Below are positions 21,025 to 31,700 of a stretch of DNA of 64,000 nucleotides, piece by piece. The notes beneath the pieces are model-generated. The model was not told the origin of the DNA and searched no databases. It saw only the letters and a list, made by a program, of their open reading frames with translations. A program made the position numbers and the translations under genes. Origin of the DNA: Verrucomicrobiota bacterium (GTDB lineage Bacteria; Verrucomicrobiota; Verrucomicrobiia; Opitutales; Seribacteraceae). Each line of letters starts with the position of its first letter. Positions within the stretch are counted from its first letter, which is position 1. The stretch lies in NCBI GenBank assembly GCA_027622665.1, contig JAQBYT010000014.1:1-64000 (forward strand), given 5' to 3'.

Positions 21025-21957
21025 TTAACGGTTTGTCCAATCGAGACCCAAGTCCATCCACGAACTGTGGTGGACCGGTGCCCCTGTGGAGAGGAAGTGG
21101 GGACTAGCGTCGGCATATTGTCTAGCTGATTCCAACGTGATGCCTCCACTCGCCTCGACCACAGCTCTACCTTGGATCTCTTCGACTGCCTTGGCGACTT
21201 CCTCTACCGAGAAGTTGTCCAGCAGTATGGCGTCGACTCCAGCCGAGAGAACGGGTGCAATCTGCTCGCGGCAATCCACTTCGACTTCAATAAGTAGGCT
21301 TGAACCCGTTGCTTTTAATCTGGCCACACTTTCGGCTAATTTATTGCCTTTAGTCGCTCGGTTTGCCGCAAGGTGGTTGTCTTTCACCAGTATGCGGTCG
21401 TTTAAGCCATATCGATGATTAAAAAAACCTCCGGTTGCGGTTGCGTACTTTTCCAACGCTCTGTAGCCAGGAGTAGTCTTGCGCGTATCTAGAAGGCCTG
21501 TGTTAGTCTCTGACAATGCTTTGACAAAGGCTTTTGATGCGGTTGCCACCCCGCTCAGCCTTTGTATGAAATTCAGCAAAGTACGTTCTGTGGCCAACAA
21601 GCCAACGGCGGCACCGCTGATGAAGGCCAACGTCTCCCCGGTTTCAACTTCGTCGCCATCACTCTTTGAGTTTTCGACCGCAGCATTCTCGACTTCAAAT
21701 TCCTCTAGTATCAAGGGAATCATTTGTAGTCCGCAAGCAACGAGAGGTTCTCGAGCTACGATAGCCGCCGTTCCTTGGCCTGAAACTCCCATTGAAATGG
21801 TGGTTTGGTCGCCTGTCTGCGCTGCCTCTTTTTTTAACCCTTTTCCGTGCAAGTCTTCTTCGGCGGCAAGGCGAACAAGTTTGCGAATCGCATCCTTGTC
21901 GAGGTCATCCCACGAGAGACGTTGGCGGAAATGAGAAAGGGCGGCCGGTTCCTTCAC
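21025..21957 (-). CDS. nadC: Nicotinate-nucleotide diphosphorylase (carboxylating)
   Basis: 'ERTLLNF', 'DTRKTTPG', 'HRYGL', 'KDNH', 'LLDNF', 'EASGGI'. Confidence 0.96.
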   Translation of the reverse strand: MKEPAALSHFRQRLSWDDLDKDAIRKLVRLAAEEDLHGKGLKKEAAQTGDQTTISMGVSGQGTAAIVAREPLVACGLQMIPLILEEFEVENAAVENSKSDGDEVETGETLAFISGAAVGLLATERTLLNFIQRLSGVATASKAFVKALSETNTGLLDTRKTTPGYRALEKYATATGGFFNHRYGLNDRILVKDNHLAANRATKGNKLAESVARLKATGSSLLIEVEVDCREQIAPVLSAGVDAILLDNFSVEEVAKAVEEIQGRAVVEASGGITLESARQYADASPHFLSTGAPVHHSSWMDLGLDWTNR

Positions 21958-23525
21958 TTTAAGAAGGCCGAAGCTTCGGCAAATTCTTGGATAAGCTGAA
22001 TCGTCGGTGGGGTGTCTCTTATCACCTGCCCCGGGTTTGGCCCCACTCCCAAGTATCTTACTTGAGGCAAGCTCCTTCCCTCGAAACCTCTGGGGTAAGC
22101 TGCTTCGATTACTGAAGAAACCATTCGAGCCACATAACGTTGAGCGTTTATTGGGAAGTCGGTGAAGGATTTTGCTATTGAAAGGTCTTCAGTCCAACCC
22201 GGAAGTTCTTCGTAAACAGGTTCCAGAGTCCTTCTCAATGCTTCGTCTCGAGGTACGCTTGTTATTATTCCACCATCCGGTTTTCGATAGGCTACACATA
22301 GTTTGAGGTCTCCTTGCCATCCTTCGGCATGGGTGAGGACGTCGATCTTGTTGATAACGAAATCGTCGAAACCGCAGTGACGCAGGGCGTCTCCCTTTTC
22401 TACGGCGTCAAACCATCCGACCATTCGTTGTCGTCCCGTGGAAGTGCCGAATTCCAGCTTGGAGAGTTTTGCCCCTAGGGGATGGGATTCAGGGTCGATT
22501 TGGGTTAAAAAATGATGTGTTCCGACCTTGGTGTCGTAGGCTTTGCAGCAACCAAGCACATGAACGGGACAGGGAGGGATGCCTGCGGATAAGAAGAGTT
22601 CGGGTGTAGTCGTGTGCGAAGCCGTTACGTTTGGCGAAAATCCGTGCCGTTTGTCCAGCCAATAGGATTGGCCGAACTCAGCTACCACGTGATTGCCGGC
22701 TTCCAAGGCGGATAGAGTCGCCTCGCGTACATCGCCGATGCACGGAGCCAATTCTCGACCTGCATCCCAGTAACACTCAATGAGGTTGTGGAGATTCAAG
22801 CTGAACGGTTCGTCACCCTTGAAAATCGAAAAGTCGAACTCGTCAGAGTCGAAAATACCTTCGGAAATAGCTGGGGCATTCGCTTGAGTTTCGGCCTCTG
22901 TGAGCCGATCAAAAAAGCTATTCCATGTTTCTTCCGAAACCCGACAAACATGCCTAATCGTTCTTAGTGCTCGATCCACCCTTTGTCCGAGAGCTTTGGC
23001 AAAGGTGTCTTTGTCGTCTGAAGGAAAGCTGCTGTAGTGAATTTGCCACTGGCTGGTTTCGTCAGAGTATGCGGGACTGATGCCTCGTCCCGTGGATCCA
23101 CGGTTTTCTTCACCTAGGATATTTACCCTGTAGTCTTCCCATGCTAGGTCGAGAAGACGGTGAGAAAAGTCGCTTAGTTGTGTTCTTTCATCAATCAGAA
23201 GGCGATCAAGAACACTTATTCCACGGGCCTCTAATGGACGGGCCTCCCAAAGGAACTTTCGGGGATCGGCCACAACACCGCATCCGACCAGCAGTTTGGG
23301 CAAGAGCGGTTCACCCACTCCGGAGGGAAGCAGGTTTAGTTTCAGACCCGCTGCGGTATGACCTGAGTTGGCACCACCGTTTACTTTGATTACGGCACCG
23401 GCGGATTGACCTGTACGACGCATTATTTCGTCAAGTGTTTCATGGACGACGCGGCCTTTGCCTTCGTCTCCCATGCTGATGCCGATGTCGACGATGAGTT
23501 TGGAATTGAATTCTTCTGCAGCCAT
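21954..23525 (-). CDS. purA: Adenylosuccinate synthetase (long, divergent)
   Basis: 'GDEGKG', 'GGANSGHT', 'GSTGRGI', 'EFGTSTGRQRMVGWFD', 'NKIDVL', 'GVGP'. Confidence 0.92.
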   Translation of the reverse strand: MAAEEFNSKLIVDIGISMGDEGKGRVVHETLDEIMRRTGQSAGAVIKVNGGANSGHTAAGLKLNLLPSGVGEPLLPKLLVGCGVVADPRKFLWEARPLEARGISVLDRLLIDERTQLSDFSHRLLDLAWEDYRVNILGEENRGSTGRGISPAYSDETSQWQIHYSSFPSDDKDTFAKALGQRVDRALRTIRHVCRVSEETWNSFFDRLTEAETQANAPAISEGIFDSDEFDFSIFKGDEPFSLNLHNLIECYWDAGRELAPCIGDVREATLSALEAGNHVVAEFGQSYWLDKRHGFSPNVTASHTTTPELFLSAGIPPCPVHVLGCCKAYDTKVGTHHFLTQIDPESHPLGAKLSKLEFGTSTGRQRMVGWFDAVEKGDALRHCGFDDFVINKIDVLTHAEGWQGDLKLCVAYRKPDGGIITSVPRDEALRRTLEPVYEELPGWTEDLSIAKSFTDFPINAQRYVARMVSSVIEAAYPRGFEGRSLPQVRYLGVGPNPGQVIRDTPPTIQLIQEFAEASAFLK

Positions 23526-23564
23526 TTGAAAACTACCGATACTGGATCAACAAGTTAATATAGT

Positions 23565-25124
23565 TCAGCCACGTCCCAAGTCGCCTCGCTTTACCTCGAC
23601 TATGTCGTGGGTGGAGGCTTCTCTTTGGCCTGCCGGGCTTACTCGTAGAAAGCGTGCTTTCTCTCTAACTGCTTTAAGGTCAGATGCTCCAATATAACCG
23701 AGCCCTGATCGAATCCCTCCGACAAGCGTATCCAAGGTTTCTTGAACCGGACCGGCTACTTCCTTGAGGGCTTCAACTCCTTCAGCCGTAGTCTTGTAGG
23801 CAAGATCTTCCTTGGCGTGACCGTAGCGGGCGGCTGACCCCTCTCGCATTGCCTCCAGGCTACCCATCCCGCGATATTGCTTGTAAAGCTTCCCCTCAAT
23901 CTCGATTATTCGCCCAGGAGCTTCTCGACAGCCTGCAAGCATGCCTCCGCAGATCACGGCGTCGGCAAGAGTTAGCGCCTTAACTATGTCGCCTGATTTG
24001 GTGATGCCGCCATCGGCTATTATTCTGACCCCTTTTTTCTTCGCCGCTTGAGAAGTCACGTAAAGGGCCGTCATTTGGGGTATTCCTACTCCTGCAACGA
24101 TCCGTGTGGTACAAATGGAACCCGGTCCCTGTCCTACTTTTATCGCGTTGGCTCCAGCTTCTGCCAGAAATTCCACGCCTTCACCTGAAGTGACGTTTCC
24201 TGCGAGAATGTTGATTTCAGGAAATTCTTCTCTTATGGCGCGTACTGCGTCTCCAACGCCCTTGGTATGACCATGGGCCGTGGATACTGCTACAATATCG
24301 AGACCTTCATCACGCATCGCTCCCACGTGCTCTATTAGCGAATTCCTGTCTAGATTACCATCAGGTGTCCGGTTCGTGGACACCGCTGCTCCACAGATCA
24401 AGCGAAAGTTATCATCTCGAGCCGGTTTTAAATGGTCACGAGTTTCTTCCATTATTCGCTCGATGTCGCTCAAGGTGTAAAGTCCGCAAAGGCAATCCTT
24501 CTCATCCACCACGAGGAGCTTGTGAATGCCCATGTGGTCGCTAAAGAACTTGTCAGCTGTAGCGATGGGGTCGGCACCTACTTCTTGTTCCCTGATGGTG
24601 TATACTTCATCGCGGGCTAGCATGCCATCGGTAACTTGATGGTTCTTGTATCGTTCTTTGACCACTCGTCCCGGGAGTAATCCCAATAACTTTCCAGACT
24701 CATCTACGATGGGGAAGGTGTGAAACTGAAAATTTTTATCCTTTATGAGCGCCAACACGTCACCAACCTGTTTGTCTGCAGATATTGTGATGGGGTCTCG
24801 GATCAAACCGTGGACATGGTATTTCACCCTCGCGACCTCCTTGATCTGGTGCTTTGGGGACATGTTGTAATGGATCAAGCCAAGTCCCCCGCTAAGGGCC
24901 ATTGCTATGGCCATGTCTGCCTCGGTTACGGTGTCCATGTCCGAGGAAAGGATTGGCATTCCGAGGTTTACTGATTCCGAGAGTTTGGTCTCGAGGTTGA
25001 CATCCCGAGGGAGAATCTCGGAGTAGTGAGTAGCTAGCGTGATGTCGTCAAAGGTCATTCCTGAAGGAAGACTTTGACGGAAAAACTTGTCTGGCGGTAA
25101 AAAGAACTCCTCGTCCATGATCAT
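23565..25124 (-). CDS. guaB: IMP dehydrogenase with CBS pair
   Basis: 'TFDDI', 'MDTVTE', 'GPGSICTTR', 'ADGGI', 'YRGMGS'. Confidence 0.97.
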   Translation of the reverse strand: MIMDEEFFLPPDKFFRQSLPSGMTFDDITLATHYSEILPRDVNLETKLSESVNLGMPILSSDMDTVTEADMAIAMALSGGLGLIHYNMSPKHQIKEVARVKYHVHGLIRDPITISADKQVGDVLALIKDKNFQFHTFPIVDESGKLLGLLPGRVVKERYKNHQVTDGMLARDEVYTIREQEVGADPIATADKFFSDHMGIHKLLVVDEKDCLCGLYTLSDIERIMEETRDHLKPARDDNFRLICGAAVSTNRTPDGNLDRNSLIEHVGAMRDEGLDIVAVSTAHGHTKGVGDAVRAIREEFPEINILAGNVTSGEGVEFLAEAGANAIKVGQGPGSICTTRIVAGVGIPQMTALYVTSQAAKKKGVRIIADGGITKSGDIVKALTLADAVICGGMLAGCREAPGRIIEIEGKLYKQYRGMGSLEAMREGSAARYGHAKEDLAYKTTAEGVEALKEVAGPVQETLDTLVGGIRSGLGYIGASDLKAVREKARFLRVSPAGQREASTHDIVEVKRGDLGRG

Positions 25125-25186
25125 TTAAAGCGTTGGAAAGTCTTGAATCTTATGCCTCATGCCTTCTTATGTCACAAGGATAAATA

Positions 25187-26137
25187 ATGATCGATAGCTT
25201 TGAAGTTAAACCTCTGCAGCGCAATTTCCGTGAACCTTTTGCTACGGCAACGGGAACTTGGCGTACCCGCGAAAGTATGGTTGTTCGTGTGAAATACATG
25301 GATGGGCATGTTGGTTTTGGCGAAGTTGCCCCTACGCCTGGCTTTCGCGGAGAGAAGCTTTCCGACGCCCATCGCTTTCTTTCTCTTTGGAAACATCAAA
25401 TGGATATCCCCGTTCACTTGCCTCTTTGTCGTGCGGCGTTAGGTTGCGCCGCTTCCAGCTTGTGGAGGACTAAGACTGGTTTTCCGGAAATCAAGACTGC
25501 AACCTTACTTCGCTCTGCCGAAGAGACGAATCTACCTTTGAACAATGTCTTGAAGGCAAAGATCGGGGTTGGCGAGCTAGGTGCGGAAATCGCGACTATC
25601 GAGAATCTCCTAACTCGCCTTCCTTCGGGAAGCCGACTTCGACTTGATGCGAACGGTTCTCTGTCCCGAACTGAAGCGAAAGCTTGGCTAGATACCTTTG
25701 ATGGTTGTTCCCAAATCGAATTTCTGGAACAGCCTCTAGCTGTTACCGACAGAAACGGACTCATGGCTTTGGCCGAGAGCAATTCTTTGGCTTTGGCTTT
25801 GGACGAATCGTTGCTTGATGTCCAGAGTGCCGAGGAATTCCTAGCCGACGGATGGCCGGGCTACTTTGTTTTCAAGCCCACTCTTTGTCAGGATTGGCCG
25901 GAGATGGAAAACTTTTTGCGAAATGAGCCAGCCCGGTGTGTGGTTTCCTCGGTATTCGAAAGCCCATTTGGTTTCGAAGCAGTCCTACGCGTAGCCTCCC
26001 TGGTCGAAACGGTCGCCGGAATTGGAGTGAATACCTTGTTTGTAGAAGACTATTTCTCTTCGCATGCTATGGATATGGTGCTTCAGCCGGGAGAAGTCGG
26101 CATCCCGCAATTGGAAGAACTATGGCGAAGCATATAG
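25187..26137 (+). CDS. menC: o-succinylbenzoate synthase (enolase superfamily)
   Basis: 'GEVAPTPGF', KxK motif 'KAK', 'RLDAN', 'EQP', 'LDES'; adjacent to menE. Confidence 0.85.
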   Translation: MIDSFEVKPLQRNFREPFATATGTWRTRESMVVRVKYMDGHVGFGEVAPTPGFRGEKLSDAHRFLSLWKHQMDIPVHLPLCRAALGCAASSLWRTKTGFPEIKTATLLRSAEETNLPLNNVLKAKIGVGELGAEIATIENLLTRLPSGSRLRLDANGSLSRTEAKAWLDTFDGCSQIEFLEQPLAVTDRNGLMALAESNSLALALDESLLDVQSAEEFLADGWPGYFVFKPTLCQDWPEMENFLRNEPARCVVSSVFESPFGFEAVLRVASLVETVAGIGVNTLFVEDYFSSHAMDMVLQPGEVGIPQLEELWRSI

Positions 26138-27294
26138 AGATTCCGTCAGAAGCTCTTCAGGGCAATTGGATCGCAGACCAAGAGCAAGTCGATCCTTTCG
26201 GTTCGGCCGCTTTCTGCATGGAAGCGCTGAGCAAACTGATAAATGGTCATGACGTCTGGCTTCATAATCCCGAAAGAAAGCATTTGGTCTTGGATTCTCG
26301 ACCACAACATTCAGCCTCTATTTTTGTAGCCACCGGCGGAACATCCGGGATGCCTCGTTTTGCAAGGCACACTTGGGGCACTATGTCGGCAGCGGTCGTT
26401 GGCCTTCAAGGCGTATTAGGTAATGAACCCATTTACTCTTGGTGTTGCTTGCCAATCTGGCACATTGCGGGGTGGATGCAGGTCATACGGGCTATTCAAA
26501 CGAATGGAGACGTTGTTTTCGGTGATTATCGCGATCTTGCCGACCCGCAAAAAGACATCAATCTGTCTGGGCGGCTTATATCTCTAGTTCCTACACAACT
26601 GCACCGGCTGATTTTTTCTGATCTTGCTGTTTCTCGTTTGAGAAAATGTCGATTGATTCTTCTTGGCGGAGCTCCTTTGCGGGATGAATTAGCTGAGGTG
26701 GTTAGGTCGGTTTGCCTCCCCGTTGCCTCAACTTACGGCATGACGGAGACTGCGGGTGCTTTGACTTTGCTTCCCTCCGACCGTTTTCTTGCAGGTGAAA
26801 ACAGTGTGGGCACAGTTCTCCCTCACGCGAACCTTCGCCTTGATAAAGAAATGGGAACTCTTTCCATTCGTGCCAAGAGCATGTGTCTCGGTTACGAAAA
26901 CCTCGATTTTTCTTCGGGTGAGTGGTTTGAAACTTCTGATCTTGCGGAACACACACCCGAAGGGAATTGGCGGATTTTGGGCCGCCTTGATCGTCTAGTG
27001 AACACCGGGGGCGAAAAAGTGAATCCCGTTGAGGTGGAGAACGCTGTTAGAGAAACTACACTTGCTGCGGGTTGTCTCACTATGGGTATTCCCCATCCGG
27101 ACTGGGGCGAGCGGTTAGTCGCGTTTTGCACCCCTTCAACTATCGATGTTATTCGTTTGCAGAAAGCTCTTCAGACCCAACTGACGGGTGCGGCGATTCC
27201 TAAACTGATTGTTCCTGTCGATGAATTACCTATCAACGAGATGGGTAAACCCGATCTGCTGAAGGCTCGAGCAGTGTTAGAGCAAAGAGACTAA
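26122..27294 (+). CDS. menE: o-succinylbenzoate-CoA ligase
   Basis: AMP-binding 'TGGTSGMPR', 'YGMTET', 'GRLDRLVNTGGEKV'; start placed at ATG 26122 overlapping the end of menC. Confidence 0.85.
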   Translation: MAKHIEIPSEALQGNWIADQEQVDPFGSAAFCMEALSKLINGHDVWLHNPERKHLVLDSRPQHSASIFVATGGTSGMPRFARHTWGTMSAAVVGLQGVLGNEPIYSWCCLPIWHIAGWMQVIRAIQTNGDVVFGDYRDLADPQKDINLSGRLISLVPTQLHRLIFSDLAVSRLRKCRLILLGGAPLRDELAEVVRSVCLPVASTYGMTETAGALTLLPSDRFLAGENSVGTVLPHANLRLDKEMGTLSIRAKSMCLGYENLDFSSGEWFETSDLAEHTPEGNWRILGRLDRLVNTGGEKVNPVEVENAVRETTLAAGCLTMGIPHPDWGERLVAFCTPSTIDVIRLQKALQTQLTGAAIPKLIVPVDELPINEMGKPDLLKARAVLEQRD

Positions 27295-27866
27295 ACCTTT
27301 TCTACGATTTTATCGGCCAAACCGTATTCGATGGCTTCCTGAGCATTCAGATAAAAGTCACGATCAGTATCCAATTGGATTTTCTCCAAAGGTTGCCCGG
27401 ATGATTTGCTGAGGATGCCGTTCAACTCCTCTCGCAACTTTTCCATTTCCTCGGCTTGGATGTTAATGTCTACGGCCGCTGCCCACATCCTGCCCGAAAT
27501 TAAAGGTTGATGGATGAGTACGCGAGAATGAGGGTATAAAAGGCGCTGCCCCGGAGATGCTCCGCACAAGAGAATCGAGCCCATGCTCGCTGCCATTCCC
27601 GTAACTACGACAGTGATGGAGGAACTGATGAGTTGCATCGTGTCGTAAACAGCCATCCCGGCTGTGATGGAACCTCCCGGAGTGTTGATATAGAAAGTGA
27701 TATCTTTACCAGGATCGGATGTCTCGAAATAAAGGAATTTGTCAGTGACGTCTCGGGCGGACCGATCACTTACTTCTCCCCAAAGGAAGACTTTTCTCTC
27801 TTCAAGAAATTTCTTCTGTATGATTTCAGAGACGGAGTCGTTTTTTTTATCTTTGTCGTCGGTCAT
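27291..27866 (-). CDS. clpP: ATP-dependent Clp protease proteolytic subunit
   Basis: 'YINTPGGS', 'AASMGS', 'IHQP', 'DTDRD', 'YGLAD'. Confidence 0.97.
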   Translation of the reverse strand: MTDDKDKKNDSVSEIIQKKFLEERKVFLWGEVSDRSARDVTDKFLYFETSDPGKDITFYINTPGGSITAGMAVYDTMQLISSSITVVVTGMAASMGSILLCGASPGQRLLYPHSRVLIHQPLISGRMWAAAVDINIQAEEMEKLREELNGILSKSSGQPLEKIQLDTDRDFYLNAQEAIEYGLADKIVEKV

Positions 27867-27891
27867 TGATGTGGAATATTGTCATTAAAAT

Positions 27892-28353
27892 TCATTGAGG
27901 GGAAGTCGTTTTCTCGATCATGGATATTCGCCGGGCGTGGCGACCACCTTGGAAAGTGGCGTTAATCCACTCTCGCACTATTAGCACAGCCAATTCCTCG
28001 GTGATTTGTCGTTCGCCAAGTGATAGCATGTTTGCGTTGTTGTGCTGCTTTGCGAGTCGAGCGGTTTCTTCGGACCAGCAAAGGGCGCAGCGAATGCCCT
28101 TCACCTTGTTGGCCGCCATTGCTTCACCGTTGCCGCTGCCTCCGAATACAACCCCTAAGTCAGCGAGTCCTCTACCCACTGCTTCGGCTGCAGGACGCAC
28201 GAAGTCTGGGTAGTCAACCGATTCCTCTGAGAAAGTTCCAAAGTCCTTTACTGCGTGGCCTTCGGCAAGCAGGTAAACTTTAATGGTTTCCTTGTGTCTA
28301 AAACCCGCGTGATCGCAGCCAAGCGCAAAACTAAATTTTGTTGATTCACTCAT
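27892..28353 (-). CDS. rpiB: Ribose 5-phosphate isomerase B
   Basis: 'GCDHAG', 'DYPD', 'GSGNG', 'HNNAN', 'FQGGRHARR'. Confidence 0.95.
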   Translation of the reverse strand: MSESTKFSFALGCDHAGFRHKETIKVYLLAEGHAVKDFGTFSEESVDYPDFVRPAAEAVGRGLADLGVVFGGSGNGEAMAANKVKGIRCALCWSEETARLAKQHNNANMLSLGERQITEELAVLIVREWINATFQGGRHARRISMIEKTTSPQ

Positions 28354-28418
28354 CTTATCAAGAGCAGGTGAGCAAAAGACGGTTTAGGCTAGTGACAAGG
28401 CAAAAGGGAAAATATTTT

Positions 28419-28967
28419 TCAAATCATTCCTAATTCCATCTTCCCTCTCTCTGAAATGAGGTCTTGAGTCCAAGGCGGATCCCAAACGATTTCCACATGC
28501 GCTTCGTCAATTCCCGAAAGCTTTATGACTTTACCTTTGCAGTCCTCTGCAATGACCGGACCCATACCGCACCCCGGAGCAGTGAGAGTCATGTCGATAT
28601 TAGCGACTCTCTTTCCTTCCTCGTCCTCGTCAATGTTAATTTTATAAATTAGGCCGAGGTCCACGACGTTTACTGGTATTTCGGGGTCAAAGACGGATCG
28701 AAGAGCATCGCGAATGCTATCCTCATCGGCGGGTTCGGCGTCGGTGCAATCGTCCTCTGGAGCTTGAGAGTCATCTTCGCCCAGAGAATCAGCGTCTGCT
28801 GCACAGATGCGATACATGCCGTTGAGCGTCATCACGGTGAAGTTGCCGCCAAGCCTGTGCGTTATGGTTACCTTGGCTCCTTTATCCAAGGTGTATGGAT
28901 CGCCGTGTGGGATTAAAGTGGCCTGCACGTCTCTTGTGAGTTCTCTTTCCTCGTGATGTGTGGACAT
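28419..28967 (-). CDS. sufT: Fe-S cluster assembly protein SufT (DUF59)
   Basis: 'FDPEIPVNVVDLGLIY', 'TLTAPGCGMG', 'WDPPW'; last gene of the suf operon. Confidence 0.92.
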   Translation of the reverse strand: MSTHHEERELTRDVQATLIPHGDPYTLDKGAKVTITHRLGGNFTVMTLNGMYRICAADADSLGEDDSQAPEDDCTDAEPADEDSIRDALRSVFDPEIPVNVVDLGLIYKINIDEDEEGKRVANIDMTLTAPGCGMGPVIAEDCKGKVIKLSGIDEAHVEIVWDPPWTQDLISERGKMELGMI

Positions 28968-28974
28968 AAAAGTA

Positions 28975-30249
28975 TTAACGGGAAAATTTTCCCTTTAGAT
29001 GCTCGCGAAGCAAATCAGCAATTTCTTCGTCATTAAGACGTTTGAGAACTTCATCGAGAAAGCCGTTGACCAGAAGTTCCTCGGCTGATGCTTTTGAGAT
29101 GCCTCGGCTGAGGAGATAAAAAAGTGGCTCATCATCAATTTTACCAATTGTGGATCCATGGCTACACTTTACTTCGTTGGCCAGGATTTCTAATCCGGGC
29201 AAGGAGTCGGCTTCTGCTTCAGGACTTAGAAGCAGATTGCGGTTCGTTTGGTATGCATCGGTTTGTTGTGCTTGTTCCTCAACTTTGATGATACCCGAGA
29301 AAACCGCTTTGGACTGATCCAACAGAGCGTTTTTGTATAGAAGGTCTGAACGACCGTTTGGAGCGAGGTGGAGTTGTCTCGTCCGCTGATCGAAAAGTTG
29401 TTTCCCTTGGCCTACGCTCAAGCCGAGCAAATCGATTTCGGCGCCTTCCTCGGCGGCGACGGCCAAGTTCTCAAATCGGCTTTGGGCCGAACCTAAGTGG
29501 AGAGAGCAACAACGAATACCGGCATCACGACACGCTCGCTTTGTGTCCAGTTGGTAAAAAGACGAATTCCGATTGAGATCTTGTACTAGAATGCGAGTGG
29601 CCCTTGCGCTGGAGTTTGCCACGACATTTGCGGCAGAGCACACAACGGATGCGTCTTGATTGTTTGGTGAGATAAATGTCTCCAGAAGAGTAGCGTTGGC
29701 ACCTTCCTCCAGAATCATAATTGTCCGGAAAAACCTAATTTGACCATCGGGCGGGGCAAAGTGACGAACCATGATTGGCTTTTCGAGGATCACTCCCTTT
29801 GGTATGTGCAATACGATGCCGTGCCCCGAGAAAGCTTGTGCCAGGAAATGTACGTTGTCTGCTCCGAGGTTGGGTCCTTTTAGCTTGGAAAGACATTCAA
29901 GTACGGTTGGGTTGTTTAACAGTACCTCGTCGAAGAGACCGCAGGTGACTCCCTTCTCCTTGAGGTTTTCTTCCGATGAATCAATTACCGACGCTGTCTC
30001 GTCGTTCGTTCCACTAGGAGGAGCAAAAGCGGAAAGAGACAGGCGAGCTTGTGGCGAGAAGCGCCATCGTTCGTCCTTGTGGACGGGAGCGCGGTATGCT
30101 CGATAACATTCCCAAGATTCTTTTCGTAAATCTGCCATCCATTCGGGTTCCCATGACCGATCTTCAGCGAAAGATCGAAAAAGGCTTTCGTCGGCAAAGG
30201 AATCCACTGCATCGGTATTAACCGACGATCCGTTGTCTAGCGCGTTCAT
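28975..30249 (-). CDS. sufD: Fe-S cluster assembly protein SufD
   Basis: 'ERWRF', 'AVFSGII', 'NRNLLLS', 'PGLEI.ANEVKCSHG', 'YLLSRGI'. Confidence 0.93.
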   Translation of the reverse strand: MNALDNGSSVNTDAVDSFADESLFRSFAEDRSWEPEWMADLRKESWECYRAYRAPVHKDERWRFSPQARLSLSAFAPPSGTNDETASVIDSSEENLKEKGVTCGLFDEVLLNNPTVLECLSKLKGPNLGADNVHFLAQAFSGHGIVLHIPKGVILEKPIMVRHFAPPDGQIRFFRTIMILEEGANATLLETFISPNNQDASVVCSAANVVANSSARATRILVQDLNRNSSFYQLDTKRACRDAGIRCCSLHLGSAQSRFENLAVAAEEGAEIDLLGLSVGQGKQLFDQRTRQLHLAPNGRSDLLYKNALLDQSKAVFSGIIKVEEQAQQTDAYQTNRNLLLSPEAEADSLPGLEILANEVKCSHGSTIGKIDDEPLFYLLSRGISKASAEELLVNGFLDEVLKRLNDEEIADLLREHLKGKFSR

Positions 30250-30273
30250 TATTCGTCGACGGGAGGTTCAGGT

Positions 30274-31680
30274 TCAGCCAACGGAACCTTCCATCTCCAT
30301 GTCGATGAGCCTTTTGAGCTCGACGCTGTACTCCATGGGGAATTCTCGAATCAAGTCGTTCACGAAACCGTTTACGCTTAGGCTCACGGCTTCCGCCTCG
30401 GTTAGTCCTCTCTGTCTCATGTAGAAAATTTGTTCAGCGTTCAATTTAGATACGCTTGCCTCGTGTTGCACCGCATTGCCGTTGCCACGGACCGTAATGG
30501 CAGGGTAGGTGTCAGTTCGGCTGTTTGCGTTGATCAATAGGGCATCACACTCGGTGTTGTTACGACAATTGCTCAGATGTCCGGGTATTTGCACGAGTCC
30601 ACGATAAGTGGAACGCCCCTTGCCGATGGAAATTGATTTTGCGATAATGTTACTTGTTGTCTCGTCTGCGGCATGGATCATTTTGGCCCCCGTATCTTGA
30701 TGTTGTCCATCATTGGCGAGGGCAATGGAAAGAACTTCCCCCCTGGCCTTGCGACCCTTCAAAATGACACCCGGGTACTTCATTGTTAGGCGCGAACCGA
30801 TGTTGCAGTCTATCCAGCGAACTTCGGCCTCCTCGTGGGCTATCGCTCGTTTTGTTACTAAGTTGAAAACGTTGTTCGACCAATTCTGAACAGTGATATA
30901 CTGAATCTTGGCTCCTGGCATGGCTACCAGTTCCACAACAGCGCTATGTAAAGTCGCTGTCTCGAATTTCGGTGCCGTACAACCCTCCATGTACGTGAGT
31001 TCCGCACCTTCGTCTGCGATGATCAGCGTACGCTCAAACTGGCCGAAGTTTTCAGCATTTATTCTAAAGTAAGCCTGTAACGGCTGGGCAAGTTTAACTC
31101 CGGGCGGAATGTAAATGAAACTGCCGCCACTGAAAACTGCTGCATTTAATGCGGAAAACTTATTGTCCGATGCGGGGATCACCTTGCCAAACCATTTGCG
31201 AAAAATTTCAGGGTAATCTTTCAGCCCATCCGAGGAACCTACGAAGATCACGCCTTCTTTTTCCAGTTCGACTTTCAAGCGAGAGTAGGCGGCTTCGCTA
31301 TCGAACTGTGCCTCTACGCCTGCTAGGAATTTTCTTTCCTGCTCGGGAATACCAAGTCTCTCGAAGGTTTGTTTTACATCGTCGGGAACTTCATCCCATG
31401 TGCGGCTGGGCTTTTGACCTTTGGCTAGATAGTAGCGGATTTTGTCGAAATGTATATTTTCTAAATCTTTTGTAGCCCAGTGCGTAGGCATGGGTTTGCG
31501 ATAGAAGGTGTCCAAGGCCTTTAGCCTGTAATCTCGCACCCATTGGTCTTCACCTTTGACTTCTGAGATATATTGGACGACTTCTTCACGCAAACCGACT
31601 CCCGCATCATATTGGTAGTCGGTTTCGTAGCGGAAGTTGCCCTTGTCCCGATCTATGTCGATTTGAGTTGGCTGAATCAT
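30274..31680 (-). CDS. sufB: Fe-S cluster assembly protein SufB
   Basis: 'GQFERTLI', 'YMEGCTAP', 'LHSAVVE', 'DTGAKM', 'HEAS'; start placed at ATG 31680. Confidence 0.96.
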   Translation of the reverse strand: MIQPTQIDIDRDKGNFRYETDYQYDAGVGLREEVVQYISEVKGEDQWVRDYRLKALDTFYRKPMPTHWATKDLENIHFDKIRYYLAKGQKPSRTWDEVPDDVKQTFERLGIPEQERKFLAGVEAQFDSEAAYSRLKVELEKEGVIFVGSSDGLKDYPEIFRKWFGKVIPASDNKFSALNAAVFSGGSFIYIPPGVKLAQPLQAYFRINAENFGQFERTLIIADEGAELTYMEGCTAPKFETATLHSAVVELVAMPGAKIQYITVQNWSNNVFNLVTKRAIAHEEAEVRWIDCNIGSRLTMKYPGVILKGRKARGEVLSIALANDGQHQDTGAKMIHAADETTSNIIAKSISIGKGRSTYRGLVQIPGHLSNCRNNTECDALLINANSRTDTYPAITVRGNGNAVQHEASVSKLNAEQIFYMRQRGLTEAEAVSLSVNGFVNDLIREFPMEYSVELKRLIDMEMEGSVG

Positions 31681-31700
31681 AGGGAAATCATTTAGGGTTT

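Noticed and set aside
25936..26121. N-terminal extension of menE, and similar extensions of the DUF4340, sufB, msrB, GT4 and FkbM ORFs
   Set aside because: They overlap upstream genes in another frame; downstream starts with coupling or an RBS fit better.
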